Program-made: the position numbers and the translations under genes
The notes under the pieces: model-generated
The model's database searches: none
The model's input: only the letters and a program-made list of their open reading frames with translations
Told to the model about the DNA's origin: nothing
Shown: piece by piece, positions 11,086-20,523 of the stretch
Layout of the letters: each line of letters begins with the position of its first letter
Numbering within the stretch: position 1 is the stretch's first letter
Source of the DNA: Candidatus Methylomirabilota bacterium
Lineage (GTDB): Bacteria > Methylomirabilota > Methylomirabilia > Rokubacteriales > CSP1-6
Direction of reading: 5' to 3'
Assembly (NCBI GenBank): GCA_035764725.1
Contig: DASTYT010000006.1
Location: forward strand, 4,833 to 68,832
DNA length: 64,000 nucleotides

Positions 11086-11853
11086 GTGGCCTGGGATCCC
11101 GCGCAGTATCTGAAGTTCGCCGATCATCGCCTGCGTCCCGCCGTCGATCTGCTCTCGCGCGTGGACTTGACGGCGCCCGGCGAGGTGTACGACCTGGGCG
11201 CGGGGGCGGGGAACGTCACGCGGCTGATCAAGGCCCGCTGGCCGGAGTCGCGCGTCACCGGCGTGGACTCCTCGGCGGAGATGCTGGCCAAGGCTGCCGC
11301 CACCGCGCCAGAGATCAAATGGGAGCGGGCCGACCTCGCGACCTGGCGGCCGCCGCGTCCCGCGGACCTCATCTACTCCAATGCCACGCTGCACTGGATC
11401 GAGGGCCACGCGGCCCTTTTCCCCGCGCTGCTCGCGAGTCTCAACCCCGGCGGCGTCCTCGCCGTGCAGATGCCGCGGAACTTCAACGCGCCGTCGCACA
11501 CGCTGATCGCCGAAGCTGCGCGCGGCGGCCCCTGGCGCGCGCAGCTCGAGCCCCTGCTGCGGCCCACGCCGGTGGGCGATCCCGCCCTGTACTACGATCT
11601 CCTCGCCCCGCGGGCGGCCGCGCTGGATGTGTGGGAGACGGAGTATCTCCAGGTGCTCGAGGGCGAGAACCCCGTCAAGGAGTGGACCAAGGGAACCTGG
11701 CTCAAGCCGCTGCTCGACGCGCTCCAGGAGCCGGAGCGCTCGGGCTTCGAGTCCGCCTACGCCGCGCTGACCGCGGACGCGTATCCACGCCACGCCGATG
11801 GCCGCACCCTGTTCCCCTTCCGCCGCCTCTTCATCGTCGCCCGCGCGAAGTGA
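11086..11853 (+). CDS. tam: Trans-aconitate 2-methyltransferase (class I SAM-dependent MTase)
   Basis: MAWDPAQYLKFADHRLRPAVDLL...VYDLGAGAGNVT matches the Tam family closely. GTG start. Confidence 0.8.
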   Translation: MAWDPAQYLKFADHRLRPAVDLLSRVDLTAPGEVYDLGAGAGNVTRLIKARWPESRVTGVDSSAEMLAKAAATAPEIKWERADLATWRPPRPADLIYSNATLHWIEGHAALFPALLASLNPGGVLAVQMPRNFNAPSHTLIAEAARGGPWRAQLEPLLRPTPVGDPALYYDLLAPRAAALDVWETEYLQVLEGENPVKEWTKGTWLKPLLDALQEPERSGFESAYAALTADAYPRHADGRTLFPFRRLFIVARAK

Positions 11854-12269
11854 TGGCTGAGGCCGGCGCATCGTCGCCCGGGCTGGTCTGTCGCGAGGCC
11901 CTCCCCAGCGTCGCCGGCGAGCGGTGCGCGGCGCTGCTGCTCCAGGCGCACTATTACCGCGGCCAGCTCGTCAACGAGTCCAACGCGCTGTTCCTGCAGC
12001 TGGCCGATGGCGCCTGGCACCGCATCTTCATCGAGGCGGGCGTGGTGTTCTGGCACACGGTGGACGCGCTCGACAGCCCCGACGGCGACCGCCACCACTA
12101 CACCCTCATGGACCTCGGCGCCGCCCACGGGCTGGTCGGGCGCCGACTGGTCGGCGTCTCCACGGTGGAGCTCCCTCACGGCGGCGAGCTGCGCCTCGAC
12201 TTCGAGGGCGGCCTCCGCGTGAGCATGCGCCACGTGGACGGACGCTCGGCGGTGGTCGTGAAGGCGTGA
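11853..12269 (+). CDS. Hypothetical protein (138 aa)
   Basis: This is the in-frame tail of the spurious 10338..12269 ORF. Its ATG overlaps the tam stop (TGATG) and it has high GC3. I do not recognise the family. Confidence 0.4.
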   Translation: MAEAGASSPGLVCREALPSVAGERCAALLLQAHYYRGQLVNESNALFLQLADGAWHRIFIEAGVVFWHTVDALDSPDGDRHHYTLMDLGAAHGLVGRRLVGVSTVELPHGGELRLDFEGGLRVSMRHVDGRSAVVVKA

Positions 12270-12700
12270 CACCGCTCGTCCGCCGCTACATCAAGACTAG
12301 CTTCGTCTTCCTCGTCCTCGGCCTGGTCCTCGGCGCGTATCTGATCGTGGCGCAGTTCGGGATCGGCGCCTATCCCCCGCGCCTCGTCGTGACCGCCCAC
12401 GTGCACCTCCTGCTGGTCGGCTTCATGCTGATGATCGTCATGGGCGTCGCCACCTGGATGTTCCCGCGGCCTTCGCGCGAGGACACGCGCTATCGCCCCG
12501 AGCTCGCGGAGGCCGTCTACTGGGTGATGACGCTCAGCACGGCTTTTCGCGCCGCCGCCGAGATGCTGCTCGCCTACACGGGCAGGCCCGCGCTCGGGTG
12601 GCTCATCGCCGCGGGCGGGCTCGGGCAGGTCGCGGGCGCCATGCTGTTCGTCGCGAACATGTGGGTGCGCGTCCGCATGCCGCCCGCTGCCGGCCGCTAA
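12266..12700 (+). CDS. Small integral membrane protein (about 4 TM helices), function unknown, immediately upstream of nirK
   Basis: GTG start overlaps the preceding stop. It has hydrophobic stretches FVFLVLGLVLGAYLIVAQF and LLLVGFMLMIVMGVATWMF. Confidence 0.45.
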   Translation: MTPLVRRYIKTSFVFLVLGLVLGAYLIVAQFGIGAYPPRLVVTAHVHLLLVGFMLMIVMGVATWMFPRPSREDTRYRPELAEAVYWVMTLSTAFRAAAEMLLAYTGRPALGWLIAAGGLGQVAGAMLFVANMWVRVRMPPAAGR

Positions 12701-12726
12701 GTCCTCGACAGGGCGGGCCTTCCTCG

Positions 12727-12742
12727 TATGACCGCCGTCATA
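12727..12742. promoter_or_regulatory. Perfect palindrome TATGAC-CGCC-GTCATA with a TGAC-N4-GTCA core, a candidate FNR/CRP-family (NnrR/DNR-type) binding site about 69 nt upstream of the nirK ATG
   Basis: Seen directly in the sequence. Half-sites match the TTGAC/ATCAA-type core of FNR/Dnr boxes, and the position suits a class II activator site. Confidence 0.45.
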
Positions 12743-12803
12743 ACGGCTTCCGTGCGCCCCGCCTACGCTGGGATCAACAACGCAGCGCACGAGGAGGCGC
12801 GCC

Positions 12804-13859
12804 ATGAAAAGAACCTGGATGCTGGCGGCGGCGGTCGTGGTGATGGTGGCGGTGGGCGCGGGCGTCCGGCTGGGGCGCGACGAGAAGGAGGCGGCCACGG
12901 CGGCGCCATTTCCCGAGGTGCAGGCGACCCTGGTGTCGCCGCCGCTCGTGCCGCCGCCGATCGACCGCGCCGGCAATGCGCGGGTGATCGTGAGCCTGGA
13001 GACGCGCGAGGTGAAGGGCACGCTCGCGGACGGCGTCGAGTACACGTTCTGGACGTTCGGGGGCACAGTGCCCGGTCCCTTCGTGCGGGTGCGCGTCGGT
13101 GATCTCGTCGAGCTCCGCCTGAGCAATCATCACGGGAGCCGGAACCCGCACTCGATCGACCTCCACGCGGTCACCGGCCCCGGCGGCGGCGCCGCGGTCA
13201 CGCAGCTCGGCCCCGGGCAGGCCGGCGCGTTCGAGTGGAAGGCGATGAACCCCGGGCTCTTCGTGTACCACTGCGCGACGCCCAGCGTGCCCGCGCACAT
13301 CGCCAACGGCATGTACGGGCTGATCCTCGTGGAGCCCGAGAAAGGGCTTCCGCGGGTGGACCGCGAGTACTACGTGATGCAGGGCGAGTTCTACACGAAG
13401 GGCAAGACCCTGGCGCCGGGCCTGCAGGCGCTCGACGCGGCCAAGCTCACGAGCGAGCGGCCGGAGTACGTGGTGTTCAACGGCCGGATGGGGGCGCTCA
13501 TGGACGACGGCGCGCTCAAGGCCAAGGTGGGCGAGACGGTACGGCTCTTCGTGGGCAACGGTGGCCCGAACCTGATCTCGTCCTTCCACGTGATCGGCGA
13601 GATCTTCGACACCGTGTACACGGAGGCGGCGATGGGCGGCACGCCGGCGCGGAACGTGCAGACCACGCTGGTCCCCGCGGGCGGCGCCGCCATCGTGGAG
13701 ATGACGGTGCAGGCGCCCGGCCGGTTCTTGCTGGTGGACCACAGCATCGTCCGCGCGATGGAGAAGGGCGCGCTGGGCGCGCTCGAGGTGGCGGGTGCCG
13801 AGCGGCCCGAGGTGTTCCGGGTGCTCACGCCCGGCACGGGCGGGACGGGCGGTCACTGA
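12804..13859 (+). CDS. nirK: Copper-containing nitrite reductase (NirK), signal peptide present
   Basis: 351 aa with [29 protein letters not shown] type-1/type-2 Cu ligand motifs in a two-cupredoxin-domain layout. GAGGAGG RBS. Confidence 0.85.
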   Translation: MKRTWMLAAAVVVMVAVGAGVRLGRDEKEAATAAPFPEVQATLVSPPLVPPPIDRAGNARVIVSLETREVKGTLADGVEYTFWTFGGTVPGPFVRVRVGDLVELRLSNHHGSRNPHSIDLHAVTGPGGGAAVTQLGPGQAGAFEWKAMNPGLFVYHCATPSVPAHIANGMYGLILVEPEKGLPRVDREYYVMQGEFYTKGKTLAPGLQALDAAKLTSERPEYVVFNGRMGALMDDGALKAKVGETVRLFVGNGGPNLISSFHVIGEIFDTVYTEAAMGGTPARNVQTTLVPAGGAAIVEMTVQAPGRFLLVDHSIVRAMEKGALGALEVAGAERPEVFRVLTPGTGGTGGH

Positions 13860-14030
13860 TGGGCGCTGCGATGAGCCAAGCGATGCGTGCGCTCGTCGCG
13901 GCCGGGGCGGCCGCCGCCGAAATGGGGCGGCGGCCGCAGCCTCGGCGCGATGCCGCCCTGGCGCCATCTTCCCGAGAGCGAGCGCTGGGCCGTCATCCAC
14001 CACCCCCGCTCGCTGAAGAAGTAGGCGGCG

Positions 14031-14207
14031 CTAGTACCCGCCGCCGCCCTGGCGCTCGCAGTGACTGCGGTCGGCGCGCCAGATACCGCCGGAGCGCTCG
14101 CAGTCCCCTTGCGTGGGAGTGTCCCCGAGCCGGGTCGAGGGACCGGCACAGCCCGCCAGCATCAGGAGCAAGAGGCACCCAAAGGCGCTCCGCATGATCT
14201 GTCCCAT
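14031..14207 (-). CDS. Small lipoprotein (about 58 aa)
   Basis: MGQIMRSAFGCLLLLMLAGCAGPS carries a lipobox LAGC. GGAGAAGGAGGA lies upstream of the ATG. Confidence 0.45.
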   Translation of the reverse strand: MGQIMRSAFGCLLLLMLAGCAGPSTRLGDTPTQGDCERSGGIWRADRSHCERQGGGGY

Positions 14208-14264
14208 GCCCGTCCTCCTTCTCCCCACAACCCCGGGGAGAAGGGAAAGGGTCCGGGGCGAAAC

Positions 14265-15521
14265 TCAGGGAGCGGGCGGTCGGCGCCGGCGCAGCAGGCT
14301 GAAGCCCACGAAGGCGGCCAGGCCCGCCGTCGCGATCGCGGTGGCCATGGGCGCGGCGGTGCCATCGGCGAGGTGGCCGACCGCGATCCCGTAGGCGGCG
14401 GACCCCGTCATCTGGATCACGCCGAGACCGGCGGAGGCGAGGCCCGCCATGTGGGGGTACGGTCCAACCGCTCCCGCCACCGCATTGGGGTTGGCCAGCC
14501 CCAGGCCCAGCGAGAAGAAGAACATGGGCGCGATGATCGCGGCCACGCCGGTGACGCCGCTCCAGGCGAGCGTCGCCATGAAGACACCGGCGGCGGCGCC
14601 GAGCCCGGTACCGACCAGGATCAGCCGGTCGCCGGGCACACGGCCGGTCAGTCGAGACGTCATGAAGCTTCCGCTCATGATGCCGACGGCGACCGCGGCG
14701 AAGCAGAAGCCATAGACGGCGGGGGCGACCCCGAATCCCTGGATGAGCACGAAGGACGAGCCGGAGATGAACGCGAACTGGCCACAGAACATGAACGTGA
14801 CGACCAGCACGTAGGCGAGATACGTCGGATCGCGCAGGACGGTGCCGAGGTTCCCGACGAAGCGCGCGGGCCGGAGCGCGGTGACGTCCGGCCGCACGTT
14901 GGTCTCGGGGATCATGGCGGCGCCCGCGAGCACGAAGACCGCGCCGAAGCCCGCGAGCACGAAGAAGATGGACCGCCACCCGAACAGCGCGTGGAGGAAG
15001 CCGCCGATGATCGGGGCGAGGATGGGATTGAGCGCCTGCGCGGTGCCCATGAGCGCGAGCACGCGCGCGGCTTGATCGAGCGCGTACACGTCGCGCACGA
15101 TCGCGCGCGAGATCACCTGCCCGCTGCCCGCGCCGAAGGCTTGCAGCACGCGCGCCGCCACCAGGGTTCGGATGCTGGGCGCGAGTGCGCACGCGAGCCC
15201 CGCCGCCGCGTAGAGACCGAGGCCGGTGAGGAGAGTGCGACGGCGGCCGAAGCGGTCGGAAAGCGGTCCCCATGCGAGCTGGGCGGGGGCCAGGCCCGCG
15301 AGGAACAGCGTGACCGTGAGCTGCGCGGTGGCGGGCCCGGTGTCGTAGGCACGTGCGAGCGCGGGCAGTGACGGCAGGAACATGTCGATCGACAGCGCCC
15401 CGAGCCCGACCACCGCGGTGAGGAGGATGGCGACGCGGCCGAGGCGCGAAGGCCGCGGCCCGGGATCGAGAGTGGTCACTGAAGGGATGGTAGCGCATGA
15501 CCGCCCGCGCTCACTCTCCAA
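14265..15521 (-). CDS. MFS transporter, Bcr/CflA drug-efflux subfamily; start uncertain (possibly the GTG at 15479)
   Basis: 12-TM MFS pattern with SIDMFLPSLPALARAY, GPLSDRFGRRRTL and LQAFGAGS. Confidence 0.75.
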   Translation of the reverse strand: MESERGRSCATIPSVTTLDPGPRPSRLGRVAILLTAVVGLGALSIDMFLPSLPALARAYDTGPATAQLTVTLFLAGLAPAQLAWGPLSDRFGRRRTLLTGLGLYAAAGLACALAPSIRTLVAARVLQAFGAGSGQVISRAIVRDVYALDQAARVLALMGTAQALNPILAPIIGGFLHALFGWRSIFFVLAGFGAVFVLAGAAMIPETNVRPDVTALRPARFVGNLGTVLRDPTYLAYVLVVTFMFCGQFAFISGSSFVLIQGFGVAPAVYGFCFAAVAVGIMSGSFMTSRLTGRVPGDRLILVGTGLGAAAGVFMATLAWSGVTGVAAIIAPMFFFSLGLGLANPNAVAGAVGPYPHMAGLASAGLGVIQMTGSAAYGIAVGHLADGTAAPMATAIATAGLAAFVGFSLLRRRRPPAP

Positions 15522-15562
15522 TGCGACGGGCCGATGCTAGAGTGAGGGCGAGGAGGACGCCA

Positions 15563-16063
15563 ATGGATCCCAATACCAAGAAGACCGTGCTGCGGATGAT
15601 TCCCTACGGGCTCTATGTGCTCACGGGCGAGAGCGGGTCCGGCGTGGCCGCCGCGACCGTGAACTGGGTGACGCAGGCCTCGTTCGCGCCGCCGCTCGTG
15701 GCGGTGGGCGTGAAGGCCGATTCGGGCGCGCACGCCGTGATCAAGGAGTCGGGCGCGTTCGCCCTGAACATGCTGGGCAAGGGCCAACAGGCCATCGCCT
15801 TCACCTTCTTCAAGACGGCGGAGAAGCAGGGCGCGACGATCTCCGGCGAGCCGTATCGAGCGGGCAGCACCGGGGCCCCGATCCTCACGAATCTCCCCGC
15901 CTACGTCGAGTGCCGCCTGATCGCCACGGTCGAAAAGGGCGATCACTCCGTGTTCGTGGGCGAGGTCGTCGATGCCGGGCTCACGAGCGCGCCCGCCGGC
16001 CGTCCCGACGACGCCAGCCTCTGGCTCAAAGACCTCGGCGAAAAAACCTTCTACGGAGGTTGA
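15563..16063 (+). CDS. Flavin reductase (NAD(P)H:FMN oxidoreductase, HpaC/NtaB-like)
   Basis: MDPNTKKTVLRMIPYGLYVLTGE...ATVNWVTQASFAPPLVAVGV is the flavin_reduct domain. GAGGAGGA RBS. Confidence 0.75.
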   Translation: MDPNTKKTVLRMIPYGLYVLTGESGSGVAAATVNWVTQASFAPPLVAVGVKADSGAHAVIKESGAFALNMLGKGQQAIAFTFFKTAEKQGATISGEPYRAGSTGAPILTNLPAYVECRLIATVEKGDHSVFVGEVVDAGLTSAPAGRPDDASLWLKDLGEKTFYGG

Positions 16064-16091
16064 TCTCGCCGAGGCCTTCTCCGCCCTCGGG

Positions 16092-17501
16092 TTAAGCGCG
16101 GGAGAAAAGCCAGGGGAGGCCAATGATCAGGTATGCAGCGAGGAACAGTGTCCCCATCACGAGGCCGAACCACCAGAAGTCGCGCTTTCGGATGTAGCCG
16201 CAGGAGTAGTAGACGGGCGCGGGGCCGGTCGCGTAGGGCGTGAGGATGCCCATGAAGCCGAGCCCGAGTCCGGCCGCGCGGCGGCTCATCCCCAGCGGGC
16301 CCGTCGCGATGTAGAGGAAGATCGGCAGCAGCGGCGCGGCGTGGCCGGAGACCGTCGCGAAGAAGTAGTGGAGGTAGAAGAACGCGGCGATCAGCACGAC
16401 GATGGCCCAGGGGAACGCGACGCGGGCGACCGGTGCCTGGATCTGGTCGGCCACCCAGCGCACCACGCCGACCTCGGCGAGGCCGCCGGCGCGGGTGACG
16501 AGCGTCGCGAACCACACGTAGATGCTCCACGCCTGGCTGTTTCTCGTGATGTCGTCCCACGTCACGACGCCGCGGACGACGAGGAGGATGACCCCGAGGA
16601 TGGCCGCCGCGGTAGGGTCGGTGAAGCGGCCGCCGAACACCCAGAGTCCGACGACGATGAGGATGCCGCCGAGCATGCTCCGCTCGACCAGGGTCATGGG
16701 CCCCATCCTGCGCAATTCCTCCGCCGCCCATTCGGGCGCGTCGGGCGCGTGGGTGAGGGTGGGCGGATACATGCGATAGAGGGTGAGCGGGGTCACGAGC
16801 AGGAGCACCAGCCCCACGGGTGCGAAGCCGATCACCCACTCGCGCCAGCCGATGTCGATGTGGAGCGTCTCCGACACGATCGCCACCGCGAGCAGATTGC
16901 CGGCGATCGCGGTGGGGAACATGCTGCTGGTGACACAGGTGACGGCGAGGGCGGTGTACATGAGGTAAGCGCCGATGCGGCGGGGCTGCGTCTCCGGGCT
17001 CGAGTCGAAGAGCCCCGGGATGTTGCGGATCACCGGGTAGATGGTGCCCGCGCTTCGCGCGGTGTTGGACGGCGTGAAGGGGGCCAGCGCCAGATCGGTG
17101 AGGGCGATCGCGTAGCCGATGCCGAGCGTGCGGCGGCCCAGGCGCCGGATCAGGCGAAGCGCGATGCGCCGGCCGAGCGCGGTCTTCTCGTAGCCTGACG
17201 CCAGAACGACGGTGGAGAAGATGAGCCACGCGAGCGGGTTGGAGAAGCCACCGAGCGCCCAGTTGATCGACAGCGCGGGCGTGGGCTGCACGAGCCCGAG
17301 CATGGCCGCCGCCACCACGCCGGCAAGCCCGACCACCGGCGCGGGCACCGGCTCCGTGATGATCGCGAGGATCACGGTGACGAACAACGCGAAGTACGAC
17401 CAGGCGGCGGCGGTCAGCCCCTCCGGCGTGGCGACGAGGGCGATGGCAAAGCCCACCCCGATGGGTGGGATCGCGCGCGCGAGCGTGCGGCGGGGCGGCA
17501 T
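16092..17501 (-). CDS. DASS/SLC13-family anion (di/tricarboxylate-type) transporter
   Basis: 469 aa polytopic membrane protein (MPPRRTLARAIPPIGVGFAIALVATPEGLTAAAWSYFALFV...). The upstream 265 codons of the track ORF are out-of-context R/P-rich readthrough. Confidence 0.7.
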   Translation of the reverse strand: MPPRRTLARAIPPIGVGFAIALVATPEGLTAAAWSYFALFVTVILAIITEPVPAPVVGLAGVVAAAMLGLVQPTPALSINWALGGFSNPLAWLIFSTVVLASGYEKTALGRRIALRLIRRLGRRTLGIGYAIALTDLALAPFTPSNTARSAGTIYPVIRNIPGLFDSSPETQPRRIGAYLMYTALAVTCVTSSMFPTAIAGNLLAVAIVSETLHIDIGWREWVIGFAPVGLVLLLVTPLTLYRMYPPTLTHAPDAPEWAAEELRRMGPMTLVERSMLGGILIVVGLWVFGGRFTDPTAAAILGVILLVVRGVVTWDDITRNSQAWSIYVWFATLVTRAGGLAEVGVVRWVADQIQAPVARVAFPWAIVVLIAAFFYLHYFFATVSGHAAPLLPIFLYIATGPLGMSRRAAGLGLGFMGILTPYATGPAPVYYSCGYIRKRDFWWFGLVMGTLFLAAYLIIGLPWLFSRA

Positions 17502-17551
17502 GGCCGGCCGCGGGCCGGCCCCTGGCGCGGCGCCCGGCGGGGGAGCGCTGG

Positions 17552-19252
17552 TCAGGCCGTGAACTCGCGCAGCAGCCGTCCCGGTCGGCCGCACTGCGGG
17601 ATGACCGCGCCGGCCTCGTCCACCGTGCGCACGCCGTTCACCCAGACGCCGTGGAGGCCCACCGCGGGCGTGTCGAGCCGGCTGGCGCCGGTGGGCAGAT
17701 CGTGAACGCGCCGCTTCTCGCCGCGGCCGACCGTCTTGGGGTCGAAGAGCAGGAGATCCGCCCACGCGCCGGGAACGAGGCGGCCACGCCCGGGGATGCG
17801 ATAGGCGTCGGCGACGCGGCTCGTCACCGCGCGCACCGCCTCCTCCAGCGTCAGGTCCCCGCGCTCGCGCGCCCAGTGACCGAAGAGGTGGAGGCCGAAG
17901 CCCGCATCGCAGAGAAACGACAGATGCGCCCCCGCGTCGGACAGGGCCACCGCCGCGTGCTCGTGGCGCAGCAGCGTCTTCACGTCGTCCTCGTCGATAT
18001 TGAAGAGCCGGCAGTCGAACATTGCGTCCAGCTCGCCGTCGAGGCCGAAGTCGAGGAAGGTGTCCCAGGGATGCTCGCCGCGCTCGCGCGCGAGGGCGCC
18101 GATGGTCCGGCCCACGAGGCCGCGGTGCTCGGGGCGCTGCACCTCCATGATGGTCAGGTGATCCCAGTTCTTGTCGCTGAACCGGTTGGGGACGCCGGGC
18201 TGGCCGATCTCCTGCTTGAGTCCGGCGCGGAAGGACGGATCGGTGAGCGCTGCGCGGTAGCGCGCCTCGCTGTCGGCGACGATGGCGGGCCGCCACGCGA
18301 GGAAAGCCTCCAGGGGATAGGGATGGCGCAGGGTGAACTCCATGCCGAGCGGGAAGCAGCCCACCTGCGCCCAGAGCTCGCGCCCGCGCTGCCGCGCCCC
18401 GCCGATCTCCTCGAGCTCGCGGAACACGCGCGTGGGATCGCCCGGGTCCACGAACATCGCGGCGATCATCACCGGACGGCCGTTGGCCGCCGCGATCTTC
18501 TCGAGCCAGGGGATGGTCGACGTCATGCCCTTGGTGAGCATGAACACGCCGCGGCCGGCCTCGCCGAGCGCCCCGGTGAGGGCCAGCATCTCCGTCTCGT
18601 CGGCCAGGCGGGACGGCATGGGGATGCCGTGCTCGCCGTTGTGCTGCTCGAGCGTGGAGGTGGCGAAGCCGATGGCGCCCGCGCGCACCGCCTCCAGGAC
18701 CAGCCGCCGCATCTCCGCCACCTCGGCGGCAGTCGCCGCGCGGCGGCTCGCCTCCTCACCCAGCACCCAGGTGCGCACGGAGGAATGGCCCACGAACGAG
18801 GCCACGTTCAGCACGCTGCCCCGCCGTTCGAGCGAGCGCAGATAGTCCGGATACGTCTCAAAGTCCCAGTTGATGCCGGCGCGCAGGGCCTCCAGTGACA
18901 TCCCCTCCACGTGGGTGAGGTTGCGCACCACGAGGTCGCGGTGCTCGGGCCGGCACGGCGCGATGGTGAAGCCGCAGTTGCCGATCACCACGGTGGTGAC
19001 GCCCAGCGCGGCGGACGGCGTGGCGAAGGGATCCCAGGTGAGCTGGGCGTCGTAGTGCGTGTGGATGTCGACGATGCCGGGGGCGAGCACCCGGCCGCCC
19101 GCGTCCACCGTCTCGCGCGCCGCGCCGAGATCGGCGCCGCGGCGGTCGCCGAGCGCGGCGATGCGGCCGTCCTTGACGCCGAGGCTACCGTCGCCGGCGG
19201 GGGCGCCCAGACCGTCGATGATGCGGGCATTCGTGATCGCGAAATCGAGCAT
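17552..19252 (-). CDS. D-aminoacylase / N-acyl-D-amino-acid deacylase (amidohydrolase superfamily)
   Basis: MLDFAITNARIIDGLGAPAGDGSLGVKDGRIAALG...GIVDIHTHYD is the amidohydrolase metal-binding N-terminus typical of D-aminoacylases. Confidence 0.8.
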   Translation of the reverse strand: MLDFAITNARIIDGLGAPAGDGSLGVKDGRIAALGDRRGADLGAARETVDAGGRVLAPGIVDIHTHYDAQLTWDPFATPSAALGVTTVVIGNCGFTIAPCRPEHRDLVVRNLTHVEGMSLEALRAGINWDFETYPDYLRSLERRGSVLNVASFVGHSSVRTWVLGEEASRRAATAAEVAEMRRLVLEAVRAGAIGFATSTLEQHNGEHGIPMPSRLADETEMLALTGALGEAGRGVFMLTKGMTSTIPWLEKIAAANGRPVMIAAMFVDPGDPTRVFRELEEIGGARQRGRELWAQVGCFPLGMEFTLRHPYPLEAFLAWRPAIVADSEARYRAALTDPSFRAGLKQEIGQPGVPNRFSDKNWDHLTIMEVQRPEHRGLVGRTIGALARERGEHPWDTFLDFGLDGELDAMFDCRLFNIDEDDVKTLLRHEHAAVALSDAGAHLSFLCDAGFGLHLFGHWARERGDLTLEEAVRAVTSRVADAYRIPGRGRLVPGAWADLLLFDPKTVGRGEKRRVHDLPTGASRLDTPAVGLHGVWVNGVRTVDEAGAVIPQCGRPGRLLREFTA

Positions 19253-19320
19253 GGGATCGGAAACCTCCAGAGGGGAACGCTATGCCCCGAAGCGCGGGGC
19301 GTCAAGGCCGGGCGCGCACG

Positions 19321-20514
19321 TCAGATCACGCCGCGCGCGTGGAGATCGGCGAGCGCCTGGCGCCCGAGGCCCAGCCGGCCGCCGTAGATCTCCTCGTTGT
19401 GGGCGCCGGGCTCCTGCGGCCCGAGCGTGTCCACGCGGCCCGGGGTGACCGAGAGCTTCGGGACGATGCCCGCCATGCGCACAAGGGTGCCGAGGGCGGT
19501 GGTCGCGCTCAGGATGTTGTCGCGCGCGGCGACCTGTGGGTCCGCGAAGAGGTCGCGCACGCTGTTCACCGGCGAGGACGGTACCTCGGCCCGCTCGAGG
19601 ATCGCCAGCGCCTCGTCGGCCGGGCGCGCCCCCACCCAGGCCTGCACGCGGCCGTCCACCTCCGCGCGCCGCGCGATGCGCGTCTTCACGGATGCGAAGT
19701 CCGCGAGCAGCGCGGGGTCGCGCATGGCGCCGGCCAGGCGCTCGAACATCCGGTCGTTGGTGCAGGCAATGGCGATCCAGCGGCCGTCGCGCGCCTGATA
19801 GTGGTTGTGGGGCACCACGTATTCCGTGCCCGAGCCGATGCGCTCGCGCACGTGGCCCTCGGCGGCGAAGGCGGGCAGCACCTCGTCCAGCATGCGGAGC
19901 AGCGGCTCGTAGAGGGCCACGTCGACCACCTGGCCTTCACCGGTCCGCGCGCGGTGATGGATGGCGGCGAGGGCGCCGAAGGCGCCCATCACGCCCGCCA
20001 GATAGTCGGGAATGGTCGGCGTGCCCGGGGGCACCGGCGGGCGGTCGGGATGCCCGGTGACGTAGCTGGCACCGCTCACCGCGGCGGCGATGCGGCCGAA
20101 GCCCGGGCGCTCGCGCTCGGGCCCGGTCTGACCGAAAGCGGAGATGCGCACCAGCACCAGGCCGCGGTTCGCGGCATGGAGGTCCTCCCAGCCCAGATGC
20201 CAGCGCTCGAGGGTGCCGGGCCGGAAGTTCTCCGCCACGACGTCGGTGGAGACGGCGAGCCGCTGGACGAGGGCCTGGCCCTCGGGGTGGCGCAGATTGC
20301 AGGTGATGGACTTCTTGTTGCGCGCCTCCACCAGCCACATGTAGGACGGCCCGTCGGCGGACGCGCGCCCGAGGCGGCGGAGGTCGTCACCCACCCCCGG
20401 CTGCTCGACCTTGATCACCTCGGCGCCGAACTCGCCCAGGAGCGTACAGCAGAACGGCGCGGCCACGAACGTGGCGAGATCGAGCGCGGCGAGCCCTTCG
20501 AGGGGTCGCGCCAT
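19321..20514 (-). CDS. Family III CoA-transferase (CaiB/BaiF family)
   Basis: MARPLEGLAALDLATFVAAPFCCTLLGEFGAEVIKVE is the canonical CaiB/BaiF N-terminus. Confidence 0.85.
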   Translation of the reverse strand: MARPLEGLAALDLATFVAAPFCCTLLGEFGAEVIKVEQPGVGDDLRRLGRASADGPSYMWLVEARNKKSITCNLRHPEGQALVQRLAVSTDVVAENFRPGTLERWHLGWEDLHAANRGLVLVRISAFGQTGPERERPGFGRIAAAVSGASYVTGHPDRPPVPPGTPTIPDYLAGVMGAFGALAAIHHRARTGEGQVVDVALYEPLLRMLDEVLPAFAAEGHVRERIGSGTEYVVPHNHYQARDGRWIAIACTNDRMFERLAGAMRDPALLADFASVKTRIARRAEVDGRVQAWVGARPADEALAILERAEVPSSPVNSVRDLFADPQVAARDNILSATTALGTLVRMAGIVPKLSVTPGRVDTLGPQEPGAHNEEIYGGRLGLGRQALADLHARGVI

Positions 20515-20523
20515 GCGGCGCGG

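Noticed and set aside
10338-11852. The 5' 505 codons of ORF 10338..12269(+)
   Set aside because: This part is out of frame across the carboxyltransferase and tam coding regions, with no RBS and a nonsense-like composition. Only the last 138 codons (11853..12269) are kept as a possible gene.
7369-11871. ORFs 7369..9042(+), 9015..10214(+) and 9508..11871(-, 787 aa)
   Set aside because: They lie opposite the Mo-hydroxylase subunits, carboxyltransferase and tam, and have low-complexity Arg/Gly/Pro-rich translations. The real genes are on the other strand or frame.
13859-14197. A plus-strand ORF continuing after nirK ([16 protein letters not shown]..., part of ORF 13235..14197)
   Set aside because: It overlaps the better-supported minus-strand lipoprotein gene, has no RBS and a low-complexity Ala/Arg/Pro translation.
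17502-18296. The N-terminal 265 residues of track ORF 16092..18296 (DASS transporter)
   Set aside because: It is an Arg/Pro-rich segment antisense to the D-aminoacylase gene. The transporter begins at MPPRRTLARAIPPIG (17501).
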